From Camelus dromedarius (lineage: Eukaryota), in NCBI RefSeq assembly GCF_036321535.1, contig NC_087436.1, forward strand, positions 20,028,001 to 20,092,000: DNA of 64,000 nt, given 5' to 3'. The translations under genes and the position numbers were made by a program. Of this stretch, positions 35,035 through 58,963 are shown in pieces (within the stretch, counting starts at the first letter, position 1; each line of letters begins with the position of its first letter). A model generated the notes under the pieces. That model worked only from the letters and a program-made list of their open reading frames with translations, did no database searches and was not told where the DNA came from.

Positions 35035-35047
35035 CCAGCAGGTGGCG
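35035..35047 (+). promoter_or_regulatory. Candidate CTCF core motif
   Basis: CCAGCAGGTGGCG matches the CCASYAGRKGGCR consensus; motif only. Confidence 0.4.
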
Positions 35048-36726
35048 AACATGTCACCTGATGCAGGGGTAGAGGGCGGGTATTCATGGACAGGCTTTAA
35101 CCAGGCTTTTGCCTAAACGTAGGCTGATTATTCCAATGAGGTGGGGTATTAATCAAAAGAATTTCATGATTAAGCTTAGGACAAGTTGGGATAAACTTGT
35201 TCCTTTGCTATAGGACTTTAGGGCCTTGAACATTCCAATGTGCACTGTGACTCTTTCAAAGGGGGCAGCATTTCCTAAACTTATTTGACCACAAAACTTC
35301 CTTTTGTTGAGTGGGGAGCATCTCTGGGTATTGCTGTTTTATAGAGCAGTCCAAGAACTAAAAAGCCTAGCGCTCTCTACAGCTAAGACAATGCTGGTCT
35401 GCGGTCTCTGGGATTTATTAGATCTTGACTAGATCTGCAGCCTAAATCACCGACAGCCTGGCAGGAGGGTGAAACAAGCAGCACTTTTTTTGTTTTAATT
35501 GAGCTGTAACATCACACAGTAAAGTACACAAATACGCGTTACATGTGTGACATCCGTGGAAATACTACCCAGAGGCACCACTCTCGCCCCTTTCTAGTCA
35601 AAGCAGGACGTATGCACACATACACATGCACACACGTAGGTAACTACTGTTTCCATCCCTGTCACTGTAGACTAGGTATGTCAGGTGGAAACTTACTGAT
35701 GGCATTCCAGGACGAAACCCAGGGAGGACCTGAAGAATAGGAAGGCCCCAAACAAGCAGAACTCTCTTGAGAAAAAGGCTCCCAGATGAAGCTGAAGCTT
35801 CCATCTCAACAAGACTCTGTCTCCTGCCCATAGAAGGTGCCAGACTCTGATATCTGGGTAAGTGTGGGGCCAGCAGCTGACGGAGCAGACCTAACATGTT
35901 ATAGTTAATAACTGTCTGAGTCTGTCAGTGATGGTAATATTAATTCTCAGTCCTTGATCTTACAGTAATTTCTTCATGCTTACCAGTTGTGTGGTTTGGA
36001 AATTTGAGTAACTTACCAAGAACTGTGTGCTATATAGTCTACAAGACACAGAAAATAAGAAACCAGTTGCAACCAGGACTGGATGGACATAAAAGAAGGG
36101 TAAAGTGCAGAGAAATAGGAAACTGATACAATTGTGAGGACAAGTCTAAAGGGAGGGATCCTTGTTCTTTTTTTTCCTGAAATTTATTTTCGGCTATGTT
36201 TACTATTTGAAAACTGAAACCAATTACAAAGTGTACACACTGTGATCCCGATTTTGTTTAATAAAAAGTATATGTGTGTATACGTATTTGTAAGAAAAGG
36301 CCTGGTGGGCTCTGTAAAAAAAAATGTTAATACTTACTATAGCTGAGTGGGAGGATTACATGTGATTTTTGTATTTTCCATTTCTTTATTTTTTAAACGT
36401 TTTACAATGCATATGTGTAACTCACAATCAGAGCCAAGACATTACGCTACAAAAATGAAAACAAATGGAATGCATCCATATATCATCAGTCTCCCTAATC
36501 TTGCAAAGAGATTTACATTTGTTTTTGAGTTTACATGTATTTTTCTCTTCCAATTCTCTCTGGAGTCTAGGCCAGAAAAAAACAAACCAACAAAAACAAA
36601 AAACTCTGTGACAAAAAGATTGGAGTCAATTCAATCAAATATGATGCTGCTTGGACTCCCTCTTCCTCTAGTTCTGGGTCCATAATCACATAATCAGGGG
36701 AAAGGAGAACATAAAGCACACGGCTC

Positions 36727-36778
36727 TGTGTGTGTGTGTGTGTGTGTGTGTCTGTGTGTGTGTGTCTGTGTGTGTGTG
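36727..36778. repeat. Interrupted (TG)n microsatellite
   Basis: TG run with two TC interruptions. Confidence 0.95.
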
Positions 36779-37324
36779 ATTAGTGGGGAATAAGGAAAAG
36801 GCAAATAGAAAAAGAGCAGGTATATAGTGGACCCCAAAATGAGGAAACTTGAGCTAAGGAGTGTTGTTTTTCCAAGGAAACCCTGTCTGAATGGGTACCC
36901 ACAAGGCGGTGATCCATGAACTGTGTCCCACACTTTTCAAAGAAACAAACTAATAAAAAAACTCATAATAATTGTAAATGAAAAATGAGCCGTCATAAAT
37001 AATGGTTGAGGCTTTGGGGATGCCACAGCAGTCTCTCCTAGATAAACAGTCTATAGGTTCGCTGATTTCTTCCATTCACTCAAGGTGAGTTTTGGGGGAA
37101 CAGACCCCCAGGCTGAGCTGGCCCATCTTCCTCTACCATAAAACTAAGCCACTGCTGCAATTCTGCTGGGATAACACTCTCAGTCTTAGATAGAACACGT
37201 TATTAGGATAATCAAAAGTCATTTGGAAGAATATCCTAAAAGGTATTTCAAAGTTCTATTCTTGCTTAAGTAACTTGAGTTTTGGGAGAGTCTCGTGTAT
37301 ATAATAATAATAATTGGTGATGAT

Positions 37325-37545
37325 AGAAGCAAATATTTATATGTTCCAGGCACTTTTCTAAGCCCTTTATATACAGTAACTCATTTAACCCTCACAACAA
37401 CCCTGTGAGGAAGGTACTTCTATTATCCCCATTTTGCAGATGAGGAAAGTGGTCCACAGAAGGTCTGCCCAATGTCACACTGCTAGGAAGAGGCGGAAGT
37501 GGGGTTGAAACTCAGGCAGTGTGTCTGCAGAGTTGGACTCAGACT
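37325..37545 (-). mobile_element. MIR SINE
   Basis: CTCATTTAACCCTCACAACAACCCTGTGAGG...CCCCATTTTGCAGATGAGGAAA core. Confidence 0.85.
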
Positions 37546-39461
37546 ATGAAAACTACTGCACCTTCAACTTGTTTTACTCTCCTTATCTGTCATCTTCCCC
37601 CGCCTCTCCCCAGTGCCCCCACACACCCTTTGTCTGGTCCCACACCTGCCGCCTACTCCCTTTCTGATTAGCCCAGTCCAGAAGCATCCCCGACAATGTG
37701 TATATTAATGATTTTCATATTCAGAGGAGCTTCTAATCAATGACTAATAAATATGCCCTGCAGAAAAGACTGGAGAATTTTAGGTTTTATTGTTTTTTTT
37801 AATGGACAACAACTACTTTGTGTTGCCAAGCTGAGATCCATCGACTTGTTTATAGGGAAAGAGGTATACAGCATCCTGCGATACACATCATTTAACGCTT
37901 TGAAGATTCTGAGATTAAGTTTAAGAATTATATATTAAATATTGTCAATTAAATTTTAACATGCAAAACCCTCTCAACCCCCCAAGTTTTCCAAACTTAA
38001 AAGAGAGATTCTAGGAAGCTATTATCCATTTCCTAATTAGGATTCTAAAAAATTATCTGTTAAAAAGGAAATTAATCTTAGTGGATTACAATCTCAAAGT
38101 GCTTGAAAACAAATAACAGGCAAATGAACTCCTCACAGCCTCAAACAAGCTGACTCCTCCGTCGGGGGTCATGGCGGGAGTGGTGGAAGGCACAAAATAA
38201 AGTTGCTAAAATGATCAATTAATGCATAGATGTTCACGAGCAAAGACCAGAAAGTAAATCCTTCTGGGAGTTAACTGACAGACCCTTCATTCTCTGTTCA
38301 CCAAGAGGGTTTATTTGCCTCTGTTGTTCGCTTAGTCTAATATGAGCCTAAGTCCTACTCCCTTTACTCTAAATAAGTCGCACTAAGTGATTCGGGGTCC
38401 ACAAGTTTAGGGACACGCAGGAAGGAATGTGGACAAGACCTGGGAAAGCCTCCCCTAGAACGATCAAAGTTACTCCAGCTCCACCTCCTTTGGACACTTA
38501 ATCTGAACGGTGGCAGATTTATAATGTGCACAGGTATTTACATGCCTGCTTCTGCATTTCCGGGGTTACACTTTGAGCTAAGAGACACTCAATAGTATTT
38601 TGTCCTAGGAAATGTGAGTATCCTGACAGATGCAATTTTAGGGTGCTCCAGAGAACTGGATTCATTCAATATATTCCTGCCCTTTGATTTGCCATTCTTT
38701 GTAAGGACTCTTCAATACGTAGCTTTGTCTCTTTGTCTCTGTGGTTATGTATGATCTTTGCTCAGAATTTGTTCACTCACTCATTCATTCAATAAATATT
38801 TACTGTGCACCCACTCTGAGCCACTTGTCAACACTACTTCTTACTTTGTGCCATATAACCTACTCCCTACAAATACAATGACATATGATACACCGATGGC
38901 ATTTTTCCTGCTACCCTGGTTAGGATTCATTCACTAATCAAGAGCTATTTAAGCAGAGAACTGTGTAAAAAGGCAGCATAATCAGCATACAGATTTAGTT
39001 GGGTGCGCTTTCTAAATACTGGGATTTAAGTGAACCACACAGTGGTGGTTGTTCTGAGATACAGACACCTAGAACAATTTTTCAGCTAAATTCTTTTCAT
39101 CTAAAAATCCATATTGCAAATACCAGATAAGAGGGCCTGATGCTAGAGAAGCTTCATGCACATGATAAAAATCTGAATAGAGGCAGAGTGAATTTTATAG
39201 GGGCAGCACTTAATAGACTCCACCCCTCCTGCACTCTCTGGTGGGTATCACACATTAGCTCCTTGAGGAAGAACAGACTGGAGCGACCATTTTATGATGG
39301 TGTTTCTGTTGCTCATGGCTAGGTGCCTGAGAAGGCATCTGTAATTCCCCATCCTCTTACAGGAACCCTACTGCCCAGACCTGTAAAATGTAGGTCCTTT
39401 GGGATAGTCAAAGCCTGATCCTGAATTCAATGCCAAGATATGTTAGAAATGGTGGAATAAC

Positions 39462-39614
39462 GGGGAGGGTATAGCTCAAGTGGTAGAACGCATGCTCAGC
39501 ATGCACAAGGTCTTGGGTTCAATTCCCAGTACCTCCTCTAAAAATAAACAAATAAAGAGACTTAATTACCTCCTCCCCCAAAAATAAATAAGATAAAATC
39601 TTTAACAGAAGAAA
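39462..39614 (+). mobile_element. tRNA-Ala-derived SINE (camelid Vic-1-like)
   Basis: GGGGAGGGTATAGCTCAAGTGGTAGA (A box)...GGTTCAATTCC (B box), A-rich tail, 15 bp TSD AGAAATGGTRGAATA at 39445-39459 and 39615-39629. Confidence 0.88.
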
Positions 39615-39823
39615 AGAAATGGTAGAATATAAACAGAAGCAAGGCAACTTGACAAGAGAAATCCTAGGACTCTCTTGTGCTCCTTTTGTTTTATGGGTTT
39701 TCAAGGTACCGAGGGAAGGTCCGAGGCTATATTTTTATTTGAGCTTGAGGGGTGGGGGGAGTGTAATAAAAATCTTTACAGAACTTTGCTTCTTTGAATC
39801 AGGCTCAGATAGGGGTTGACGAT

Positions 39824-40292
39824 TATATTAGTTTGCTAGAACTGCTTTGATAAAGTACCACAAACTCGGTTGCTTGAAACAACAGAAACGTGTTATTGCA
39901 CAGGTTTGGAGGCTGTAAGTCTGAAATCGAGGGATCAGCTTGGCTCATCCTCCCTCAGAAACAAGTAGGAGAATCTTCCCTGCCTCTTCTGGCTTCTGGT
40001 GGTTTCCCAGCAATCTTTGGCATTCTTTGGCCGGCAGCCGCATCACTCCAATCTCTGCCTCCATCGTCACACAGCATCCCCGCTGCATGCCTCTGTCTCC
40101 ACATGACTGTCTTCTTATAAGGACACCAGTCACACTGGATTGGGGCCCATCCAACTCCAACATGACCTCATCTTGGCTAATCACATCTGCAACAATCTTA
40201 TTTCCAAATAAGGTCCCATAGTGAGATACTGGGGGTTAGGACTTCAACTTCCTCAACTATCTTTTTAGGAGGACACGATTCAAACCATAACA
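39824..40292 (-). mobile_element. MaLR solo LTR (MLT1-type)
   Basis: TATTAGTTTGCTAG...AAAGTACCACAAACT...CAAACCATAACA; 5 bp TSD ACGAT/ACAAT. Confidence 0.85.
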
Positions 40293-40560
40293 ACAATGAT
40301 GGTGTGTGATGGATACCACATGGGCAATAAAATGTTCTGAGATTCACTGAGTAAAATGGTGTGCATCCTCTTCTATTCCAAGGGCCCCGAGTGACTGGGG
40401 CTAGTGGGAAGAAGGTTTCTGGAACCGGTAACATCATTGGTTCTAAACATCGGTTTTAAAAAAAGGTGGCGTGACTTCTTAAATTTTTATCGTAAATAAA
40501 GATGTAGTATGTGCAGCAGATCTCTAGTAAATAATGACATTTCTCGAATTAAAAAGACTT

Positions 40561-40690
40561 GAAAAAATATGTAAACAAATATATGCATGCATATGCATGA
40601 CTGGGATATTGTGCTGTGCACCAGAGGTTGGCACATTGTAACTGACCGTACTTCAATTTAAACAAACAAACAAATAAATATTTTTTTTAA
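40561..40690 (+). mobile_element. Very short L1 3' tail
   Basis: TATGCATGACTGGGATATTGTGCTGTGCACCAGA...ACTTCAATT + A-rich tail, similar to 5520-5600. Confidence 0.7.
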
Positions 40691-41284
40691 AAGGCTGATA
40701 ATATTCTAAAGAAGAGCTGGAATAATTTAAAAGATTCCGGTCAATGGACAACATATTTTTCTTAACACTTGGTTTCTAATCCATGTAATAGATCACTGAG
40801 TAAAGAGTTAGAAGAGGTAGGTTTGAGTCTGAGTCATAATGGCTGCTTAGCAAATCACTTCACCCCTCTGAAACTCCATTATCTACCTAATAATTTGTTC
40901 TGTAGTGGAAGTGTATACATCACTGCCAACCCACCCACAAGCGCCAAGAAAACAGTGCCTTACAAACGGTTCTTGCTGAGTAAGAAGGAATCATATTTAT
41001 ATTTTAACCCACCCCCTGAAACAGACTGATGTGGGCAACTGATTCTGGGCAACCCACCCATGGAGTTCCCTCAGGGACTTCTACTGCCTTCAAAAGATGA
41101 ACAGGCCAATCATAATTCTATCAAGAATTTGAAATTGGGAACCAAGGAACCAAGGAAGAACTAGGGCTGTAAAATAATGAGATAAAATTGGAGCTAGAAA
41201 GGCCCTTGTTGGTCTGCATGAAAAAACAATGATGAAGGGTAAAGTCTAGAATGGGGCAGAAAAGACAAAAGCACAAGGGTCCTG

Positions 41285-41990
41285 ACTGATCTTTCTGGTT
41301 CATGTGAGAGAGTTGCCTATGTTCTTTTTGTCTTTGGTTTCCTGCAGTTTGAATATGATATGGCAACACGTGAGTTTTTCTTTTTGTCTTTGGCATTTCT
41401 CTTGTTTGGTGTTCTCCAAGCTTCCCGTATATGTGGTTTGGATTTTGTCATTAATTTTGGACAGTTCTCAGCATTATTACTTGAAATAATTCCAATGACT
41501 TGTATGTTTTATCTTTCAAAATTGTTCCATAGTCCTTGGATGTCCTCTTCTATGTCTTCATTCTTTTTTCTCTTGAGTTTCAGTTTGTGATGTTTCTAAT
41601 GGCATATTTCCAAGTTCACTGATCTCTTCTCTTGGCTGTGCCAAGTCTACCGATGAGCCCACTGAAGGGTTTCTTCATTTCTGTTAGTGTTTTTATTATT
41701 ATTATTATTATTTCTAGCCTTTCCTCTTGATTGTTTCAGAGTTCTCATCGCTCCACTTAACATTACCATCTGTTCTTGCATGCTGTCTATTTTTTCCATT
41801 ACAGTACTTTAATCTTAGTTATTTTAAATTCCTTGTTTGATAACTTCATCTGTGCATCTCTGAGTCTGGTTCTGGTGATTGCTTTGTCTGTTAAGACTAT
41901 GTTTTTTCTTGCCTTTTGGCCTCCCTTGTAATTTTTTGTTGAAATCTTTGTTTTTGTTGAAAACTTTGATTCCTGTCTTTGGATTTTCAT
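41285..41990 (-). mobile_element. Old L1 ORF1-region fragment
   Basis: T-rich degenerate L1 motifs (CTCTGAGTCTGGTTCTGGTGATTGCTTTGTCT). Confidence 0.6.
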
Positions 41991-44900
41991 GAGGTCTCCA
42001 TATTTAAAATAAGTCTGTCTTCTCTTGCGTTGTCTTGAGTAGGTCAACCATGCAATCAAAAGACCTCTGTCTAAAACGTATTGCCTGTTAAGGTCACAGC
42101 TTCTCCTCCTCCTCTCCCAGCCCTCTCTTCCCCTCTTCTCCTTCTTCTTTTTCTGTATAAAAGGGTGGTTAGGTTAAAATTACTCTAAAACATCCCATGA
42201 ATCAGCTAGACATAAACAGGAAATAATACCTAAAAGATACCATACTTGAACCACTCCTCTTTAGGCTCTTGATCTTTTGCTGTTTTCGGCTGCACCTTCA
42301 CCATAAGGAATGGTAAAAATAACTTAGGGGAGTTGGAATAAAAAATGCTCTACTTGAAAAATTGGATTAGGAAAAGATATTTTCAATAAATAAGAGTGGT
42401 ACAGTACTCACACAAGTTTGAAGACAAGTGACAGCTGGCGATATGAACTTCACTTGTGTGTTCTGATGGTATATTACCAGTAATTAAGTAATTAAACCTT
42501 TTCATGAAGATCATATATTATAGTAATACATCCACAGTACTTATTTATTTACAGCTCATCTTATTCCAAAACAGATTAAAAAGTGTTTAGTAGATATTAG
42601 TTTCATCTGCCCGGCATCCTACTTTATTCTGTGACTGACAATTCTTGGAGAACTGGTCTTCCCCAGCTCCAAATGTTTCCAGGCAATCACAATACCCCAC
42701 ACCACTGGCCATGGAGACGGACCTATGAGCGCTTCCCCAAGGCTCTCAGAATCGGATCTTGGGAGCGAGGGGAAGTCCTTCCCCTGGACCTGAGCGCTGC
42801 TCATTGCCATTTCTCCAGCTTCTTGGAGGAAGCTGGGAGAACGACGTCAACACACAGAGAGGAAGAGATGGAGAAGCCCAGCATCACTTGTGTCCCTGGA
42901 GCTTGGTGTCCCTGTGTTCCTCCCTGAGTGATCAGATGAGCCAATACATTCCTCTTTTTGCCCAAGCTGGTAGGTTTCTGTCATTTCTGGACAAGGGTCC
43001 TGGCTGATATAGAAGCCGATATTTAGTTTTGTTTGGGCTTGGCTTTTAATGTCTAAAATATTCTCTTTAACCATAAGCAGAAAAGTAGACTGGGAAAAAA
43101 ATACCTTGAGGCACCATTCTCCAAAAAACAAAATCCAAGATACCAGGTTTACAGAGAAGAAAGGCCTTAAAGATAACTGATATTGAGCAGGATTCTACCA
43201 TCTGAATTATATACAAACCCTTTACCCATTCTATACCACAGAGACACCCATAAATAAAGATAGTATCTGTCACCAAAGTACCTTACAGAGAGTAGGAAAT
43301 GAGGTTCAATAAAGTACTTTGAGCAACTTGGAAAATAGTTTTAAAATTTAATGTATGTAAATATGTCTCACATTTAGGGCTGATGAATTTAGATAAATTT
43401 CATAATATTCCTATTGCTCAATTTCTTTTTCTGTAAAATAGGGGTCATAATACTTTTAAGGGACTGTTGACAGAATCAGCAATCATATATATGCAAAGCT
43501 GGGAGAAGATGACTCAACTGAAGATGAGGCTGCCAGACAAGGAGAGACTGCCAACTCCCCAGGCTTCTTTGCAGGAGTTGAGCGACACTTTGGAAAGGGG
43601 GCTTGTGGTGGGGAAGCTTTCTGCAGAGGTTGTGGGCTTACGCGTGGGGCCTGGGGGAGAGATAGGAGAGCCGAGCTCAGGGAGAGATGCTGTGGGACTT
43701 GGTCCTGCCCCTAGCCTGATGGACCAGCCGTGAGAGGAGACAGGCAACAACCCTGTGCTCTGGGAACACAGCACTATTTCGGCAACGCAAAAGTTACCCG
43801 GTCTGGGACCGTCTAAGCAGGGTGTGTTCTCCTACAGGAATAGCAGCAGCTGAAATAGTGGAGCTGCTGGAAGCCTGGAAGGAGTGAGCCGCACCCAGGA
43901 GTTCAGCTCGTTTGTGAACCGGTGAGGAACCTGGGACTTCCAGAAGTACTTGAGGAGAGGACCTATCAGGGGACTGAGATCCCACATGATGTGATGGAAT
44001 CCTGAGTTCACAAAATTTGGGTGTAAAAGCTAATGCAATTGTATTCATAAGTAGAGAGTGCTGATCTTTGAATAGTTGGGTTCTTTAGGTAATAAGATCT
44101 GACATCTAAATATGAGCCCAATAAATAGCTTTACTGTCATCCTAAGGTGTCTATCTCTTTGTAGAATTCTAATCAGACAATCAAATTGGCCAGGTGGATG
44201 TTACACTGCTTTGGTGATGAGGTTGCATGATTTTCCTCTGTGTTAGTTAAAAGCAACATGAATTGAGATGAAGCATTTACACTTTCTGAGAGTAGAATCA
44301 CTTACTGACTCACACGTGCCCTCACTGCATTCCATCAGGAAGCTGTGGGAGCTAAGCAAAATCGATTGCCCCAAGGTTACCACTAGGTATCAAAATTTCA
44401 GATAAATATTAATGTACTTTGACTCATATTAGCATAATCTACATTTTACATTACAAAGCTGAATTTTTCTGGAAAAAAAAGCATCTAATATTTTGTGCTT
44501 TTGTACCACTCTAATATTTTGTTATTAAACATACCACTAGTGACAGGAAAAGTAAATTTATATAAACCTCACGGGGCAGGAATTATCACCGAATATTCAT
44601 GTTGAGTGGTTAAAAAAAGTTTATAAATTTAGCAGCCGACAAACCTGAATACTGTGATGAAGGAAAGAAAACCAAATAGGCTAAAGTCTCATTCTGATGA
44701 TTCTTTTTCAAGGAAATTTCGACTTGCTCATCATTTTCTTAGTCTGAATAACGATGCTAACGTTCAGCAAGCATCCTAACACTAGGTGAGTCACAGTGGT
44801 CCCCCAAGATGTACCCCTTAGAAGAGGAGAATTCAACTTTACGAGGAGTCTCATGAAGTCTGGTTTGGAAGCATTTGTGTCTCTGGACCCCATGTGATTT

Positions 44901-45484
44901 CTCAGGCTCCAGGAGCAGTGAAGCTCCAGCCTCTGCACGGATGTGTAATCACAGGAACTGCCTCTCTTCTCCAAGTCCTTGTAGTTTACGAGTTTTTAGC
45001 AGAAGCATCATGACTTCTATGATGGCAAGCTGCTGGGTGAGTGCAATGTCAGAATCGTTTTCACTGATTCACCAACAGGTTTTTATCTTTTATTTTTTCT
45101 GCATCAGAGACTGAATTACATAAACACTGAGGATCACAGGTATGTTGCTCATTAGCTTTCGTCTTCAGTGTCTACTGGATAATAGCTACAAGAGCTGAGG
45201 GAAAGAGGTAAATGGCCATCTTAGAGATGATGAAGAGACAATTCCTCACTAGGTCGCGTTGTGAGAGCTAATGTTAACTGCAGCTGTACCGGTACAAGAA
45301 AGTGCAGTCATTCTAATGAAATTTGGTATTGTTTTAGCAAAATGTCTGTCAACTGTGGAGCTCAGTTTGGAACACAGCACATTTTTACCCACCTACAGAA
45401 ATTAATAGTAATTATGCTTTTGACAAAAGCAAAGCCAATTTCTTTTTCCAGAAAAGAGTTATTCTTTTAAGACAGAGGGAGAGG

Positions 45485-45925
45485 AACTAATTTAATCCTT
45501 ACAACAACCCTAAGAGGTAGCAATTATCTATTGTTAAATATTGATACAGCACTATGTCCAGGTAGTGTACGTATATTAACTAACACAGTCCTTTTAACCA
45601 CTCCGGGTGAACGCTACTGTCAATCCCATTTAATCATGAGGAAACTGAGGCACACACTACATTATGTAGTTTGGCAAAGCTAAAATTAAATGATGCTAAT
45701 CTGTTTTATAGAACAAAAAGTGTCTACTGTACCATTTCTGACAGTACCTACCAATTATTGAGTGCTAAGCAATTTAAATAAATATCTCATTTAATTATTC
45801 CAACAACCCTGTAAAATAGCTATTCTTACCCTAATTTTACAGATGAGGAAACTAGTTCATACAGAGAAGTAACTTGCTCCAAATCATGTGCCTAGTTAGT
45901 GACAGAGCTGAGACTTGACCCTTTG
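45485..45925 (-). mobile_element. Cluster of MIR fragments
   Basis: Repeated ACAACAACCCT and ATGAGGAAACT cores. Confidence 0.7.
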
Positions 45926-46709
45926 GGTATCAAAATCAAAACCTAAGCTTTGACCAGGTCAGGGGTCTGGCATGGTAGAATCACAGGTGAGAAGGAGGAT
46001 GGCATTTCTGAGCTTAACAAAAGGGTGTATGAATATTTTTTAAAGGCCACAAATATTTTACTCTATTATACAGCTTCCAGTGTAGCAAGTAACAGAAATA
46101 AAGGTGAACAATACCCTGGAAACTGGTCTCTGTATCGTAGTCAGTGGTACAACAACAATGTATGGAGCATGAGGGAGGTTTTCTAATGCTTTTATGACTG
46201 TACTGCTAACACTGAAAAGCAGTTCAGACCGAGAAGAAACGCGTAGGAAAGTTCAGGGCTAACAAATGCCACCCTTTCTCTACCTGCTTTATAATGCAGT
46301 GTGTGCGCCCTCCATGGCTGCTTCCTCTGCACCACAAAGGACAGGTCCGGTACTCCCTGTGATAGCTTACTAAGGGAAATTATGGAATGCCTCCTCTGGA
46401 ATATTCTAAACAGGTTTTCATCTGATAGAATGGTTTGTTTAATGACGGACCTTTTTGAAATCAGGTGAATTGACTGGATGACCTTCCAAAGTTGTTCCTA
46501 AGCCTCAAGTGTGAGGTAGGTATACCAGTAACACAATCCTTTAAAAAAACATAAAGGAGTATTTGCTAAAATAATAACCAAGAAATTTGATTCTACATAG
46601 GAAGGTAACAATGAAAGCTGACACACTATAAAATATTCTCAGAATACAACATGTTTGAAATTTCCAGAATGACTTTTCTGCAATGGAGAAATTTTATGTT
46701 AGAAACCAT

Positions 46710-46715
46710 TTTATT
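46710..46715 (-). terminator. Candidate MMAA polyadenylation signal AATAAA
   Basis: tttatt on + strand about 1.3 kb downstream of the MMAA stop, in AT-rich context; use not demonstrable from sequence. Confidence 0.4.
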
Positions 46716-46899
46716 CAAACCTACATAGTTATAACTACCATCAAACAGTATAAGATATAGTCAAAGAATTAATTAGAGCAGGTGCTTTAAAGACAACCAT
46801 AAAATATCACAAGGGCCTGATGGCAGTAATAAGACCATGGGAGAACACTGAACCTTTTATAAGGTTTGTACAGCTTCGCGTACTCAGAACTTTAACGTA

Positions 46900-47150
46900 A
46901 TAACAGTAGCAGGCAGACTTTGAGTATTTCCCATGTACCATCACGACAGCAAAATGACTGACTGTCCTGCGTTCTCTCATTTATCCTGACCAACCCTATA
47001 AAGTTAGTATGTCAATTCCATTTTACCTGGGAGGAAGCTAAAACTTACAAAGGTAAGTTATCTGTCTGAACTCACGCAGCCAGTAAGTGATTGATCTAGG
47101 CTGAAAGTTCAAACCCACCAGTCGCAACTCCAGAACCCAAGCTCTTCATC
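46900..47150 (-). mobile_element. MIR in the putative MMAA 3' UTR
   Basis: CCATTTTACCTGGGAGGAAGCT...CACGCAGCCAGTAAGTG core. Confidence 0.6.
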
Positions 47151-47993
47151 GCCGCACCACGCTTCCTCCAGAGGACAAAACTTATTCCTCACCACCAAGA
47201 ATAAAGCAGATTTTTAAGATGCTGTTGCGAAGTCAAATAGCCAAGGAGGAAGAGAAGCAAAAACCTTTGATAATGTTCAAACGGAATAACCCTTCAGTTG
47301 TTCTGACCTCACTTGGGTCTTTTCGGGGCTTACTCCAACCCTGGGGATTAATGGACCATGTTATTTGTGGCCGATTTCCCGGTTCCCTTTGGGCTCTCCT
47401 GCGCATCGTTGGGGGTGTCTGCCAATCTAGACAAGTAGGCTTTAAAACTATGTTCACATCCGTACACATTCCAGCCATCTTGGTACTCACATACATGGCC
47501 ATTTCACAGATTCCTAGAACAGTCTGGCACACTACACGTCAATCATGATTTCTGGCTCTTGGACACAGACACAGTGTGTATTATTCCAGCCTCAGGTAAG
47601 ACTTAAAAAACGTGGTCACTCTTGCTTATACTTTCTCTGGAAATGCAGAGAACAGAGGATCAAAGCAAGCATTTTAGGTCCATGATCTTTTTCTGTCCTA
47701 CTCGGCTTTCTCTGCTCGTGACTGACGAGAAGAAAGTATCCTCCCTATGCCAGGGAGTTAAGAATAGAAAGACATGGAGAGGAGTAACACGCAACAGGTA
47801 CCTTGTGAATACTGCTGACTGCCTGACCTTTCCCATCCATAGCTATCATTCTTCGACTTTCTGGGCACGGTTCACAAACAAGGAGGCCGAGGGCACCACA
47901 AGTGAATTACTGGAAATAGAAGCACACAAGTGACTTTCAATATTAAGGTACTTTATGAAATGATACATAAAACCATTGTGTAGGGTGCATTTC

Positions 47994-58963
<10,970 letters not shown>

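Noticed and set aside
39462..39537. tRNA-Ala-like sequence as a real tRNA gene
   Set aside because: Mutated anticodon region and stems, SINE tail and TSD; it is a SINE head
44655..44750. Possible C/D-box snoRNA (GTGATGA ... CTGA)
   Set aside because: No convincing terminal stem, no host intron on that strand and no recognisable guide; short motifs expected by chance
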